Part shown: piece after piece, positions 17,587 through 25,281 of the stretch
Position numbering within the stretch: position 1 is the first letter of the stretch
How the letters are laid out: each line of letters starts with the position of its first letter
Origin: an uncultured Anaerolinea sp.
Lineage (GTDB): Bacteria; Chloroflexota; Anaerolineae; Anaerolineales; Villigracilaceae
Direction: 5' to 3'
DNA: 64,000 nt
Assembly: GCA_964388215.1 (NCBI GenBank)
Contig: CAYLZI010000001.1
Location: forward strand, 6,980-70,979
Notes under the pieces: generated by a model
What the model was told of the DNA's origin: nothing
Database searches by the model: none
Seen by the model: the letters and a program-made list of their open reading frames with translations, nothing else
Translations under genes and position numbers: made by a program

Positions 17587-18366
17587 ATGCCAGAGCATCC
17601 TTACCAGCAAATTGAGACCCTTCTCTCCAGCGCAAATGCAGAGAAAATCCATGAAGGGCTAGAACTCGCCCGGAAAGAAATCGCCCGAATTGGCTCGAAA
17701 GAGGCCCGGCCGCTCTTTGAGATAGTGGCGATGCTCTTCCACTTCGACATGCTCGATCGCCCTGACCTGGTACCCGTCTTGAACGAAGCCGTCAGCCTGG
17801 TCGTTGGGTTCGGCGACTGGGTCATCCCCGAACTGTTGCATGAACTGGATGACGGCGACCTGAAAGCCCAACTAACCATTGGTCACGCTCTGGGACGCAT
17901 CGGGGCAGATGCTATCCAACCATTGATTGCCGAATACAACACGACCAGCGATTCAGCGCGGCGCGTCTTCGTATTGTATGCGCTGGGGAAGATAAAATCG
18001 CCTCGCGCCATGGATGCCTTGCCTCTCGCGCTGGATGCCGTCAACTCCGGCGACCAGGAACTGCGTGATACCGCCACGCGGGCGATTGGGAAATTTGTCG
18101 AGTTCGCCCCTTCGCTGTCAGATTCTTTACGCGAGGAAATTATCCAAAAACTCCAACGCAACCTGGCCGATAGCAGCCCAGCCATCCGCGCAAAGGCCGT
18201 CCGCAGCCTGGGCAAGTTGGCAAAATTCGGCCACCTGACACAGGGAGAGCGTCAATCGCTTAAAACCATACTGGAACGGCTGATGGGCATTGACGAAGAT
18301 TACGCATGGGATTACGCCTACATCGTGCGACGCGAAGCCGAAGAGGCCTACCAGTACGTTCAATAA
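17587..18366 (+). CDS. HEAT-repeat protein
   Basis: 259 aa of ~30-aa helical repeats, e.g. QELRDTATRAIGKF and PAIRAKAVRSLGKL. Confidence 0.7.
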   Translation: MPEHPYQQIETLLSSANAEKIHEGLELARKEIARIGSKEARPLFEIVAMLFHFDMLDRPDLVPVLNEAVSLVVGFGDWVIPELLHELDDGDLKAQLTIGHALGRIGADAIQPLIAEYNTTSDSARRVFVLYALGKIKSPRAMDALPLALDAVNSGDQELRDTATRAIGKFVEFAPSLSDSLREEIIQKLQRNLADSSPAIRAKAVRSLGKLAKFGHLTQGERQSLKTILERLMGIDEDYAWDYAYIVRREAEEAYQYVQ

Positions 18367-18424
18367 CTCACCTTACGCAGCCCGCCAAATACTTTCACAG
18401 CCGTCATCACTAACCCCGCCTTCA

Positions 18425-18815
18425 TCACCAGACATTTTTAATGTTGAGCAAGCAAAAAGAGCCGGGCAAGTGCAAATTTAGGTTGAGGCAATAGTCGAGA
18501 AACGCCAAGCCCATGCGAAAAATGCTCCAGTCCGAACGGTCTGTACGGTGAATGAGTCTGTCATAATTGGTTCGCATGGCAGGAATGCCGAGGTAGACGG
18601 GCCACAGGTACGCCAGACAAGCGGCGGCCATCAATCTTGTCAATCGCTTGGGGATTATGGCCGCCGAAGAAAGTTTCAATTTGAAAGCGTTCTTTGTAGC
18701 AGTGCCAGGCCTCATCAGGCAAGTCAAAGTTGGTGACAAGATAAATAGGTTCCGGGCATATTGCAAACGTACCCCCGCTTTTTTGCCGCGCTTGCGTAAA
18801 CAGGCGGATTAGCAA
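18425..18815 (-). mobile_element. Degenerate IS (DDE, IS4-like) transposase C-terminal remnant
   Basis: YKERFQIETFF (YxxRxxIExxF signature) in one frame. A second overlapping ORF (18425-18766) occupies another frame. No intact transposase ORF and no terminal repeats identified. Confidence 0.55.
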
Positions 18816-18833
18816 TCCACCCCACGGCCCTCG

Positions 18834-20246
18834 CTAATCATCATCGCCGCCTTCTTCCTTCTGCCCCGTCGCGTGACAGCGCAGGCAGTCGTTAAAGTCG
18901 GCGATGTTTTCTTTGCGGTGTTCCTGCTCAATTTCGGCGCGGTCGTGGCAGGTGTAGCACGTCCATTGCGCCAGGGTGGGCTGGTGACAGTCGGCGCAGG
19001 TGTTGATGCGCCCCTTTTCCTGCCCGTGATTCATGGGGAAGAGATGCAGGCCGTTATACGGCGCGGGACGCCAGGCGGCGGTAGTGTGACACGCCGAGCA
19101 AGCCTGGCCCACAAATAACCCGCGATGATAGTCCGGGTCGGCGTGGCAGGCGGCGCATTCGGTGGGCGTGCCTTTGTAGGTGTTGTCTTTGTGGCATTGG
19201 GCGCATTCCACGCTCACATGAGCGCCATCGAGCGGGAAGCGGCTGAGGGCGTGGTCAAAGGTCGCGTCTTTCCAGTCGCCGGGGTGGTGGCAGGTTTGGC
19301 AGGCCGCGCCATATTGCTCCTCGTGGGCGTCATCTTGCGCGTGACAGGAGTAGCAATCTTTGGGGGTTCCGGCGTAGCCCTGGGTGTGGCAACTCGCGCA
19401 TTCCACGCCCGTGTGCTTGCCTTCGAGCGGGAAATTGCCCAGGCTGTGGTCAAATTTGGCGGGTTTCCAGGCTTCTGGGCTGTGACAAACGCCGCATTGC
19501 AGGCCAAAATCGCCTTTGTGGGCATCATCTTTGAGATGGCAGGACTCGCACGCCCGGTTTGTGGATTGCAGTTGGGAGATTTCCCGCGCCCCAGCGTGGC
19601 AGGCGGAACACTCTACCCGTGTGTGGGCTCCCGTTAAATCGAACGCGGTCTGGCTGTGGCTGAAATCGCCGTAGCGGTCTATGCCGTCGTGGCAGGCGAG
19701 GCAATTTGCGCCAAAATCGGCGAGGTGTTTTTCGGTGTAGGGCGCGTCGAGGCTGTGGTGACATTCGGCGCAGGTAAGGGCATCGAAGCGGGAGATGCTT
19801 TCGGTGTGGCAATCGCTACAGACGAAGGAAATGCCGGGGGAACGAATCTCATGCGCGATGAGGGCGAAGCCGGTGACCTCGTGGGGGAAGTTGACTGTAT
19901 TCATAACGGTCAGCCCGGCTGAGGGGCCGGCGTGTTCCGTGTGACAGGATTGGCAGGTAGCGTCAGTTCCTTTAACGAGAATCCCGTGCAGGGTGGATGA
20001 ATCTCCCATTTCCCCCTTAATTTCAGTATGACAGACCAGGCAGCGCTCTGTCATGCGCTCGGAACCCCAAAATGGGGCGTGGCATTGTCCACAGTCGTCG
20101 CCAATTTCGGCATGGACGATGTGCAGCGCACCGGGGCTGAACATGGCGTTGCCGTTGATGACTTCCATGACGAGCAGGGCAAAAACGGCCAGGAAGCCGC
20201 TAAAGATGGCGAGGGGGGAGAGACAGCCGAGTTTGTTGTTGTTCAT
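18834..20246 (-). CDS. Multiheme cytochrome c, 18 CxxCH motifs, N-terminal signal anchor
   Basis: Start trimmed to ATG 20246 (MNNNKLGCLSPLAIFSGFLAVFALLV). I counted 18 CxxCH motifs, from CGQCH and CLVCH to CYTCH and CLRCH. The longer tracked ORF reads through a repeat and the upstream gene. Confidence 0.9.
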   Translation of the reverse strand: MNNNKLGCLSPLAIFSGFLAVFALLVMEVINGNAMFSPGALHIVHAEIGDDCGQCHAPFWGSERMTERCLVCHTEIKGEMGDSSTLHGILVKGTDATCQSCHTEHAGPSAGLTVMNTVNFPHEVTGFALIAHEIRSPGISFVCSDCHTESISRFDALTCAECHHSLDAPYTEKHLADFGANCLACHDGIDRYGDFSHSQTAFDLTGAHTRVECSACHAGAREISQLQSTNRACESCHLKDDAHKGDFGLQCGVCHSPEAWKPAKFDHSLGNFPLEGKHTGVECASCHTQGYAGTPKDCYSCHAQDDAHEEQYGAACQTCHHPGDWKDATFDHALSRFPLDGAHVSVECAQCHKDNTYKGTPTECAACHADPDYHRGLFVGQACSACHTTAAWRPAPYNGLHLFPMNHGQEKGRINTCADCHQPTLAQWTCYTCHDRAEIEQEHRKENIADFNDCLRCHATGQKEEGGDDD

Positions 20247-20257
20247 GGAAGACCTTT

Positions 20258-20335
20258 CCCTCACCCTGGCCCTCTCCCGGGGGGAGAGGAGATTTTGCCC
20301 CCTTCTCCCTTCGGGAGAAGGGCTGGGGATGAGGG
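20258..20335. repeat. GC-rich nested-palindrome repeat, family 1 (intergenic copy)
   Basis: CCCTCACCCTGG-CCCTCTCCCGGGGGGAGAGG-...-CCCTTCTCCCTTCGGGAGAAGGG-CTGGGGATGAGGG. Two internal hairpins are closed by an outer inverted repeat. It fills the gap between two minus-strand genes. Confidence 0.85.
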
Positions 20336-20899
20336 TTATTTCAGCAAAGTTGAATAGTAAAGCGCGCCAAGAATGTGGGCAAAAGCGGCGGTGAAGAGCG
20401 CCATGCCGATGGGGATGTGGATGGTGTGCCAGAGCGACATCAGGCGACGGGCGTTGGCGAGGGCGGAGGCTTGCATAACGCCGACCAGACCGGGGTCTTC
20501 GATGCCGTCGGCGGTGCGCGGGATGCGGGTGTAGATGTAGCGCCCGATGAAGCCGCTGACGACAATGATGCCGGTGAACAGCAAGGTGACGCCCGCCAGC
20601 CCGTTGAACTTCCAGGAGGAGTGAAGGAGTACCATGAAGGGGCCAACGATGCCGGTGAAAATGTGGAATTGCAGCCAGCTTGCCATGCGCCCCCAACGGG
20701 CAGAGCGGGTGCGTTTGCGCAGGCTGTAAAGGGTTTCGGTCATCAACATCAGCAGGAAGCCGAGAATACCGATGATGTGTCCGTAGAAGCCGCCCGCGGC
20801 GGGGATTTCGCGGGTGAAGAAGAGCACAGCGGCGTAGGAGGCGGCAATGAGGGCGCAGGCGAGGAAGGCGAGGAGGAGTTCTTTGGAGGAGCGGAGCAT
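20336..20899 (-). CDS. Integral membrane protein with conserved His in TM helices (possible b-type heme carrier)
   Basis: 187 aa with about 4-5 TM helices. Intramembrane His residues occur in YGHIIGILG, QFHIFTG, LLHSSW, WHTIHIPIG and FAHILG. Sits between the oxidoreductase and the cytochrome c gene. Confidence 0.6.
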   Translation of the reverse strand: MLRSSKELLLAFLACALIAASYAAVLFFTREIPAAGGFYGHIIGILGFLLMLMTETLYSLRKRTRSARWGRMASWLQFHIFTGIVGPFMVLLHSSWKFNGLAGVTLLFTGIIVVSGFIGRYIYTRIPRTADGIEDPGLVGVMQASALANARRLMSLWHTIHIPIGMALFTAAFAHILGALYYSTLLK

Positions 20900-20913
20900 A
20901 TCTGTTTCCCTGT

Positions 20914-22320
20914 TTACCTGTTTACCGGTTTTCCCGTTTGACTGACAAATTCCGCCAAAATATCGGCTATCGGCGCGTGGGGGGCGAGGAGTTGGGGGCG
21001 GATGGGGGTGATGTCGGTTTTTTCGCGGATGAGGGTTTGCAGGGAGCCGGAGAGTTTCTGGTCGCCCATGACGATGGCGCCGAGCAGGTGTTTTTCGCCA
21101 ACCATCAGGCGCAGGCGGTTGACTTCAAACCCGCCCTGGGCAACGATGACATCTGGCACTTGCCGCCAGGTTTCGCTGTCGCCGCGCGCGATGCCGAGCA
21201 GGTCGGGGTCTCCCTCACCCCTAACCCCTCTACCCTGGTGGGCACGCGTCCCGGGGGGAGATGGGAAATTGCCCCCTTCTCCCTTTGGGAGAAGGGCTGG
21301 GGATGAGGGAGGAGCCACCGCGCCAATGATGGTGACGGTCAGCCCGGCCAGGCGGGTGACGTTGAAGACAGGCGGCTTGCGGTAGGCTTCGGCGTGGCCG
21401 GTCATGTTGCGGGCGGCGGCACGGCCCTGCTCGCGGGCGGGATTCCACAGGCTGTCGAGCAGGTGTTTGCCACTGGCGGGGTCAAAGACCTGGGCCACAT
21501 CCCCGGCGGCGAAAATATCGGGCTGGCTGGCTTGCATATATTCGTTGACGATGATGCCGCGCTCACAATCCAACCCGGCTGTGCGCGCCAACTCCATGCG
21601 CGGGGCGATGCCGATGGCATACGCCAGCAGGTCGGCTTTGAGCGCGCGTCCGTCCGCCAAGCGCACGGCATTGATTTTGCCGTTTTTGCCGAGAATTTCG
21701 GCAATTTCGCTCTTGTGATGGAGGCTGATGCCCTCCTGCGCCAGCAGGCTTTCGATGATGCCCGATTCCAGTTCGTCCAGCACGCCGGGCCAGTAGCGCG
21801 GAGAGCGCAAAACGTAGTGGACTTTCATCCCGCGCGCCGCCAGCCCTTCGGCCAGTTCCAACGCGGTGATGCCGCCGCCGGTGACGATGGCGGCGCGTCC
21901 GCGTTTGGCGTTTGCCAGCAGGGCGCGCGCGTCGGCGAGATGGTCGAGTTTGTGAACGCCTTTCAACTCCGCGCCGGGGAGGTTGAGCGGCATGGCCTGC
22001 GCGCCGGTGGCAATCAGCAGTTTGTCGTAGGGCAGGCGCGTGCCGTTATCGAGTTCGACCTGTTTTTCGACGGAAAAAATGCGCGTGGCGCGGGCGCGGT
22101 AAAAACGCAGGTTGAGTTTGAGAAAATCTTCCTTGCGATAGGGGTAGAGCAGGGTTTCGTCCAGTTCGCCGGTCAGGTAGTAGGCCAGGCCGGGACGCGA
22201 GTAATAGCCAAAGGGGTCATCGCCCACAAGATGCAATTCCCCGCCGGGGTCGTGGGCGCGGATTTCTTCGGCGGCGGCAATGGCGGCAACGCCCGTGCCG
22301 AGGATGGCATAGCGGGTCAT
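20914..22320 (-). CDS. FAD-dependent pyridine nucleotide-disulfide family oxidoreductase carrying an in-frame repeat insertion
   Basis: FAD fold YAILGTGVAAIAAAEE. Second dinucleotide fold AAIVTGGGITALELAEGL, plus FAAGDVA. The insertion is listed as a separate feature. Confidence 0.85.
   Translation of the reverse strand: MTRYAILGTGVAAIAAAEEIRAHDPGGELHLVGDDPFGYYSRPGLAYYLTGELDETLLYPYRKEDFLKLNLRFYRARATRIFSVEKQVELDNGTRLPYDKLLIATGAQAMPLNLPGAELKGVHKLDHLADARALLANAKRGRAAIVTGGGITALELAEGLAARGMKVHYVLRSPRYWPGVLDELESGIIESLLAQEGISLHHKSEIAEILGKNGKINAVRLADGRALKADLLAYAIGIAPRMELARTAGLDCERGIIVNEYMQASQPDIFAAGDVAQVFDPASGKHLLDSLWNPAREQGRAAARNMTGHAEAYRKPPVFNVTRLAGLTVTIIGAVAPPSSPALLPKGEGGNFPSPPGTRAHQGRGVRGEGDPDLLGIARGDSETWRQVPDVIVAQGGFEVNRLRLMVGEKHLLGAIVMGDQKLSGSLQTLIREKTDITPIRPQLLAPHAPIADILAEFVSQTGKPVNR
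21212..21310. repeat. Family 1 repeat copy inside the oxidoreductase CDS (in frame)
   Basis: On the minus strand the first ~45 nt are near-identical to copy 20258-20335. Translated as PPSSPALLPKGEGGNFPSPPGTRAHQGRGVRGEGDP without a stop. Confidence 0.8.
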
Positions 22321-22580
22321 TTGCCCGCCTCCGCAAACAGGTTGGTGCGCTCAAATTTCAACACCCCGCGCGGGCAACGCGCCACACACTCGCCGCAGGT
22401 CAGGCAGCGGCTGTGGATGACAGGTTCGCCCTGCCAGGCGTGGCGACGCACGTCAATTTCCACCGGGCAGTTGAAGGAGCAAATCCCGCACTGCACACAG
22501 CGGGTCGGGTCGGGGGTCACCTGTCCCTGGGCGCGGCTGATGCGTTGGGAGCGTTCTTTTTGAAAAATGCGGCTGAACAT
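22317..22580 (-). CDS. 2x[4Fe-4S] ferredoxin
   Basis: Start trimmed to ATG 22580. Motifs CVQCGICSFNCP and CLTCGECVARCP. 4-nt overlap with the downstream oxidoreductase. Confidence 0.8.
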   Translation of the reverse strand: MFSRIFQKERSQRISRAQGQVTPDPTRCVQCGICSFNCPVEIDVRRHAWQGEPVIHSRCLTCGECVARCPRGVLKFERTNLFAEAGK

Positions 22581-22584
22581 ACGT

Positions 22585-22770
22585 TTATGATACTCCCAAT
22601 CGTTGAATTGGTGTACCTGCTGAATGAACTGGCTGTTTCCCTCTCCCCTGCGCGCTCCTAATGGCTGCATCCGACAACATCTTTGCTCGCAATACCGCCA
22701 GCCGTTTATCAACTTCCGACTCAATCTCTCGAAAGGTTGCTTTTGGATTCTGCTGCCGCCATTCTACCAT
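22585..22770 (-). pseudogene. Possible transposase N-terminal fragment
   Basis: The 61-aa ORF WRQQNPKATFREIESEVDKRLAVLRAKMLSDAAI resembles N-termini of some IS transposases as I recall them. No catalytic domain follows. Confidence 0.25.
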
Positions 22771-22785
22771 CCCATTGATGACTGT

Positions 22786-25266
22786 TTATTCAGGTTGAAG
22801 CCAGAAAACAACCAGGCTGCTCGCGCCTTCAAAATCGAGACAGACTTTTTGGCCTCCAGGCGCAACCTTCTCCACTGGAAACTCTATTCCATTCAGGGTT
22901 GCCTTTTGAACCCGTACCCCAAAAAGTATCACTTCAATTTGACCTGCCATGTTGTCGGCATGAACCGCCAACCGATTCCCCGTCCGTTGGTAGTGGATGT
23001 GGATTTCGCTGCCATCCCCGTTTTGGACTGTATAACTGCCCCCCTCGCCCGGTAAATAGATTTCCACGGTGAGCGGGTCGCAGGCTTTTTCTCCAACATA
23101 CCGCATGAGCGGAGCGTAGGGGAGGATAGCCCCAGCGCGGACATATAGCGGCAGAACATCCAGTGGGGCGTTGATTTCGAGCCAGCCAGGCCCTTGCAGG
23201 GTGGTCTTTTGCCAGTAATCCACCCACTCACCAGCAGGCAGGTACACTTTGCGCCTATCGCTTTCATCCAAAATGGGCGCAACGAGTAGATTTCGGCCAA
23301 ACATGTATTGGTCTTCGATGGCGAAGGTATTTGGGTCATCCTGGTATTCCAACGCCAGCGCACGCAGCATGGGCAGGCTGGTTCGCCCGCATTCGACGGC
23401 TTCGCTGAAAATGTAAGGCATCAAACGGTAGCGCAGTTCCATGTATTGACGGAAGATGGCTTCGGTCTGCTCACCATATTCCCAGGGTTCGCGCGGCGGC
23501 TGCCCATGACAACGGACATGCGACGAAAACGCGCCGAACTGTATCCAGCGGGCGTACAGGTCGGGGCCGGGCAGCCCGCTGAAGCCGCCGACATCATGAC
23601 TGTAAAACGGGAAACCGCTCAAGCCAAATCCCAGGGCAGCGCGCAAGACGCAGGCCAGGTCTTCGTAACGGGCAATCCCGTCACCAGACCAGTGCAGGGG
23701 GTAACGCTGCGAACCAGCCCAGGCGGAGCGCGCCCAAATCAGGCCCTGTCCTTTGCCGTGAACCTCTTCAGTGGCTTCGAATACCGCCCGGTTGTAAAGC
23801 AGCGGGAACAGGTTGTGCATCGCTTCGCCGGGGACGCTGTGATAGCGCGCATCGGGCGGCAAGCCCTCGCCAAAATCGGCTTTAATGGCGGAAACGCCCA
23901 GTTCGAACAATTCCTTGAACTTCGCTTTTATCCACGCTACCGCTTCAGGGTTGGAATAGTCAATAAATCCTGCATCGCTCAGGAAACCGCTGGCAAGATA
24001 TGGCTTCCCGTAAGGGCGTTTTGCAAGGTAGCCCTTTTCAGCGGCTTCCTTGAATAAAGCGGACTCTATCACCAGGTTGGGTAACTGCCACAGGCAAACG
24101 CGGAATCCCTGTTCGCGCAGGCGGGAGAGCATTGCCCTGGGGTTGGGGAAACGGGTTGGGCTAAACTTCAGGTCGCAGACCCATTCCTGCTCATACCAGC
24201 CGGTGTCAATGTGAATGACATCGCACGGGATGCGATGGGCGCGCAACTGCTCAGCCACCTGTTCGACTTGTTCCTGGTTATCGTAGGTGATGCGCCCCAT
24301 CCACAGACCAAAACTCCAGGGCGGTGGGACAGCGGGCTGGCCGGTGATGGCCGTGTAACGAGGCAGGATGTCTTTGAAGGTGGGTCCGTAGATGAAGTAG
24401 AAATCGAGCAGGTCAGAGTCTTCGACCGTCACCGAGAGCGCGGTGTGTTCGAGATTTCCAATGTTGAATCGAATGGCATTGGATGTGTTGACAAAAAGCC
24501 CATAGCCGCGCGTGCTCATGTAGAAAGGGGTCTGTTTGTAGGATGCCGGGGACGAATTGCCGAATCCTTCTTGAATCCACAACTGCCGCTGAATGTTGCG
24601 TTTGTCCATCCGGCCAAAATCCTCGCCCAGGCCGTAGATGTGTTCATCATGCCGCAGGTCAAACGAGCCAAAGCCAACCTGGTGGCTGTTTGCGCTCAAC
24701 CCGCACGGGTAAGCGTAGCGATGCAAAAAGAGCCAGCGTTCCTGCGGCGGATTCCACTGCACGGCGGGACGACGCAGCGATTCAATATCTACCGGGCGCG
24801 TTGCCCAAACCGCTCGGCTGAGCGTTCGCGGCGAAGCCTGCTCCCCGCTCCGGTCGAAGACCAGAATCTGCCAGGGTTCGCGCAAGATGACCACTCGCAG
24901 AGCGGCAGTCTCCAAAATGACGGTCTCTTTATCTTGCCACATTTGTACACGAACAGGCTCATCGAAATTCGCAACCACCATAGGTGTCTCATGGGCTGGA
25001 ACATCTTCGCCGCGAGAATAGCGCACGCGCATAATTTCGGGCGCGCAAAAATCGAGCCGCGCTGCAATGAGCGAGCCTGGCTGAGGCGCGTCAAAGGTCA
25101 CTTCGCAGCGCGTTCCGTAAAAGTCGTGGATTTGCGGCTCATATCGCAAGGAACGACAGGTCATCAGAACAGAATTTTCTTGCTGGTGGATGTCTTCCAT
25201 TTTAGAGATAAACTCTACAGGCAAGGTCTCAGATAAAAAGGTGGGGAGTTCGTGGGTTTTTGCCAT
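22786..25266 (-). CDS. Glycoside hydrolase family 31 (alpha-glucosidase/alpha-xylosidase type)
   Basis: 826 aa. Nucleophile region GVSAIKADFGE, acid/base region YSHDVGGF and a DVIHIDTGW segment. Confidence 0.9.
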   Translation of the reverse strand: MAKTHELPTFLSETLPVEFISKMEDIHQQENSVLMTCRSLRYEPQIHDFYGTRCEVTFDAPQPGSLIAARLDFCAPEIMRVRYSRGEDVPAHETPMVVANFDEPVRVQMWQDKETVILETAALRVVILREPWQILVFDRSGEQASPRTLSRAVWATRPVDIESLRRPAVQWNPPQERWLFLHRYAYPCGLSANSHQVGFGSFDLRHDEHIYGLGEDFGRMDKRNIQRQLWIQEGFGNSSPASYKQTPFYMSTRGYGLFVNTSNAIRFNIGNLEHTALSVTVEDSDLLDFYFIYGPTFKDILPRYTAITGQPAVPPPWSFGLWMGRITYDNQEQVEQVAEQLRAHRIPCDVIHIDTGWYEQEWVCDLKFSPTRFPNPRAMLSRLREQGFRVCLWQLPNLVIESALFKEAAEKGYLAKRPYGKPYLASGFLSDAGFIDYSNPEAVAWIKAKFKELFELGVSAIKADFGEGLPPDARYHSVPGEAMHNLFPLLYNRAVFEATEEVHGKGQGLIWARSAWAGSQRYPLHWSGDGIARYEDLACVLRAALGFGLSGFPFYSHDVGGFSGLPGPDLYARWIQFGAFSSHVRCHGQPPREPWEYGEQTEAIFRQYMELRYRLMPYIFSEAVECGRTSLPMLRALALEYQDDPNTFAIEDQYMFGRNLLVAPILDESDRRKVYLPAGEWVDYWQKTTLQGPGWLEINAPLDVLPLYVRAGAILPYAPLMRYVGEKACDPLTVEIYLPGEGGSYTVQNGDGSEIHIHYQRTGNRLAVHADNMAGQIEVILFGVRVQKATLNGIEFPVEKVAPGGQKVCLDFEGASSLVVFWLQPE

Positions 25267-25281
25267 GCGATGTTTGCCCTA

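Noticed and set aside
18834-20696. 620-aa version of the cytochrome ORF with a His/Arg-rich N-terminal 150 aa
   Set aside because: The extension reads through the family 1 repeat and the 3' end of the upstream membrane-protein gene. A proper signal-anchor start (MNNNK, 20246) exists.
22317-22724. 135-aa version of the ferredoxin ORF, and the 459-aa version of 48940-50319
   Set aside because: The N-terminal extensions have no family resemblance. One overlaps an IS-like fragment and the other the XRE regulator gene. Internal ATGs at 22580 and 50133 give family-typical proteins.
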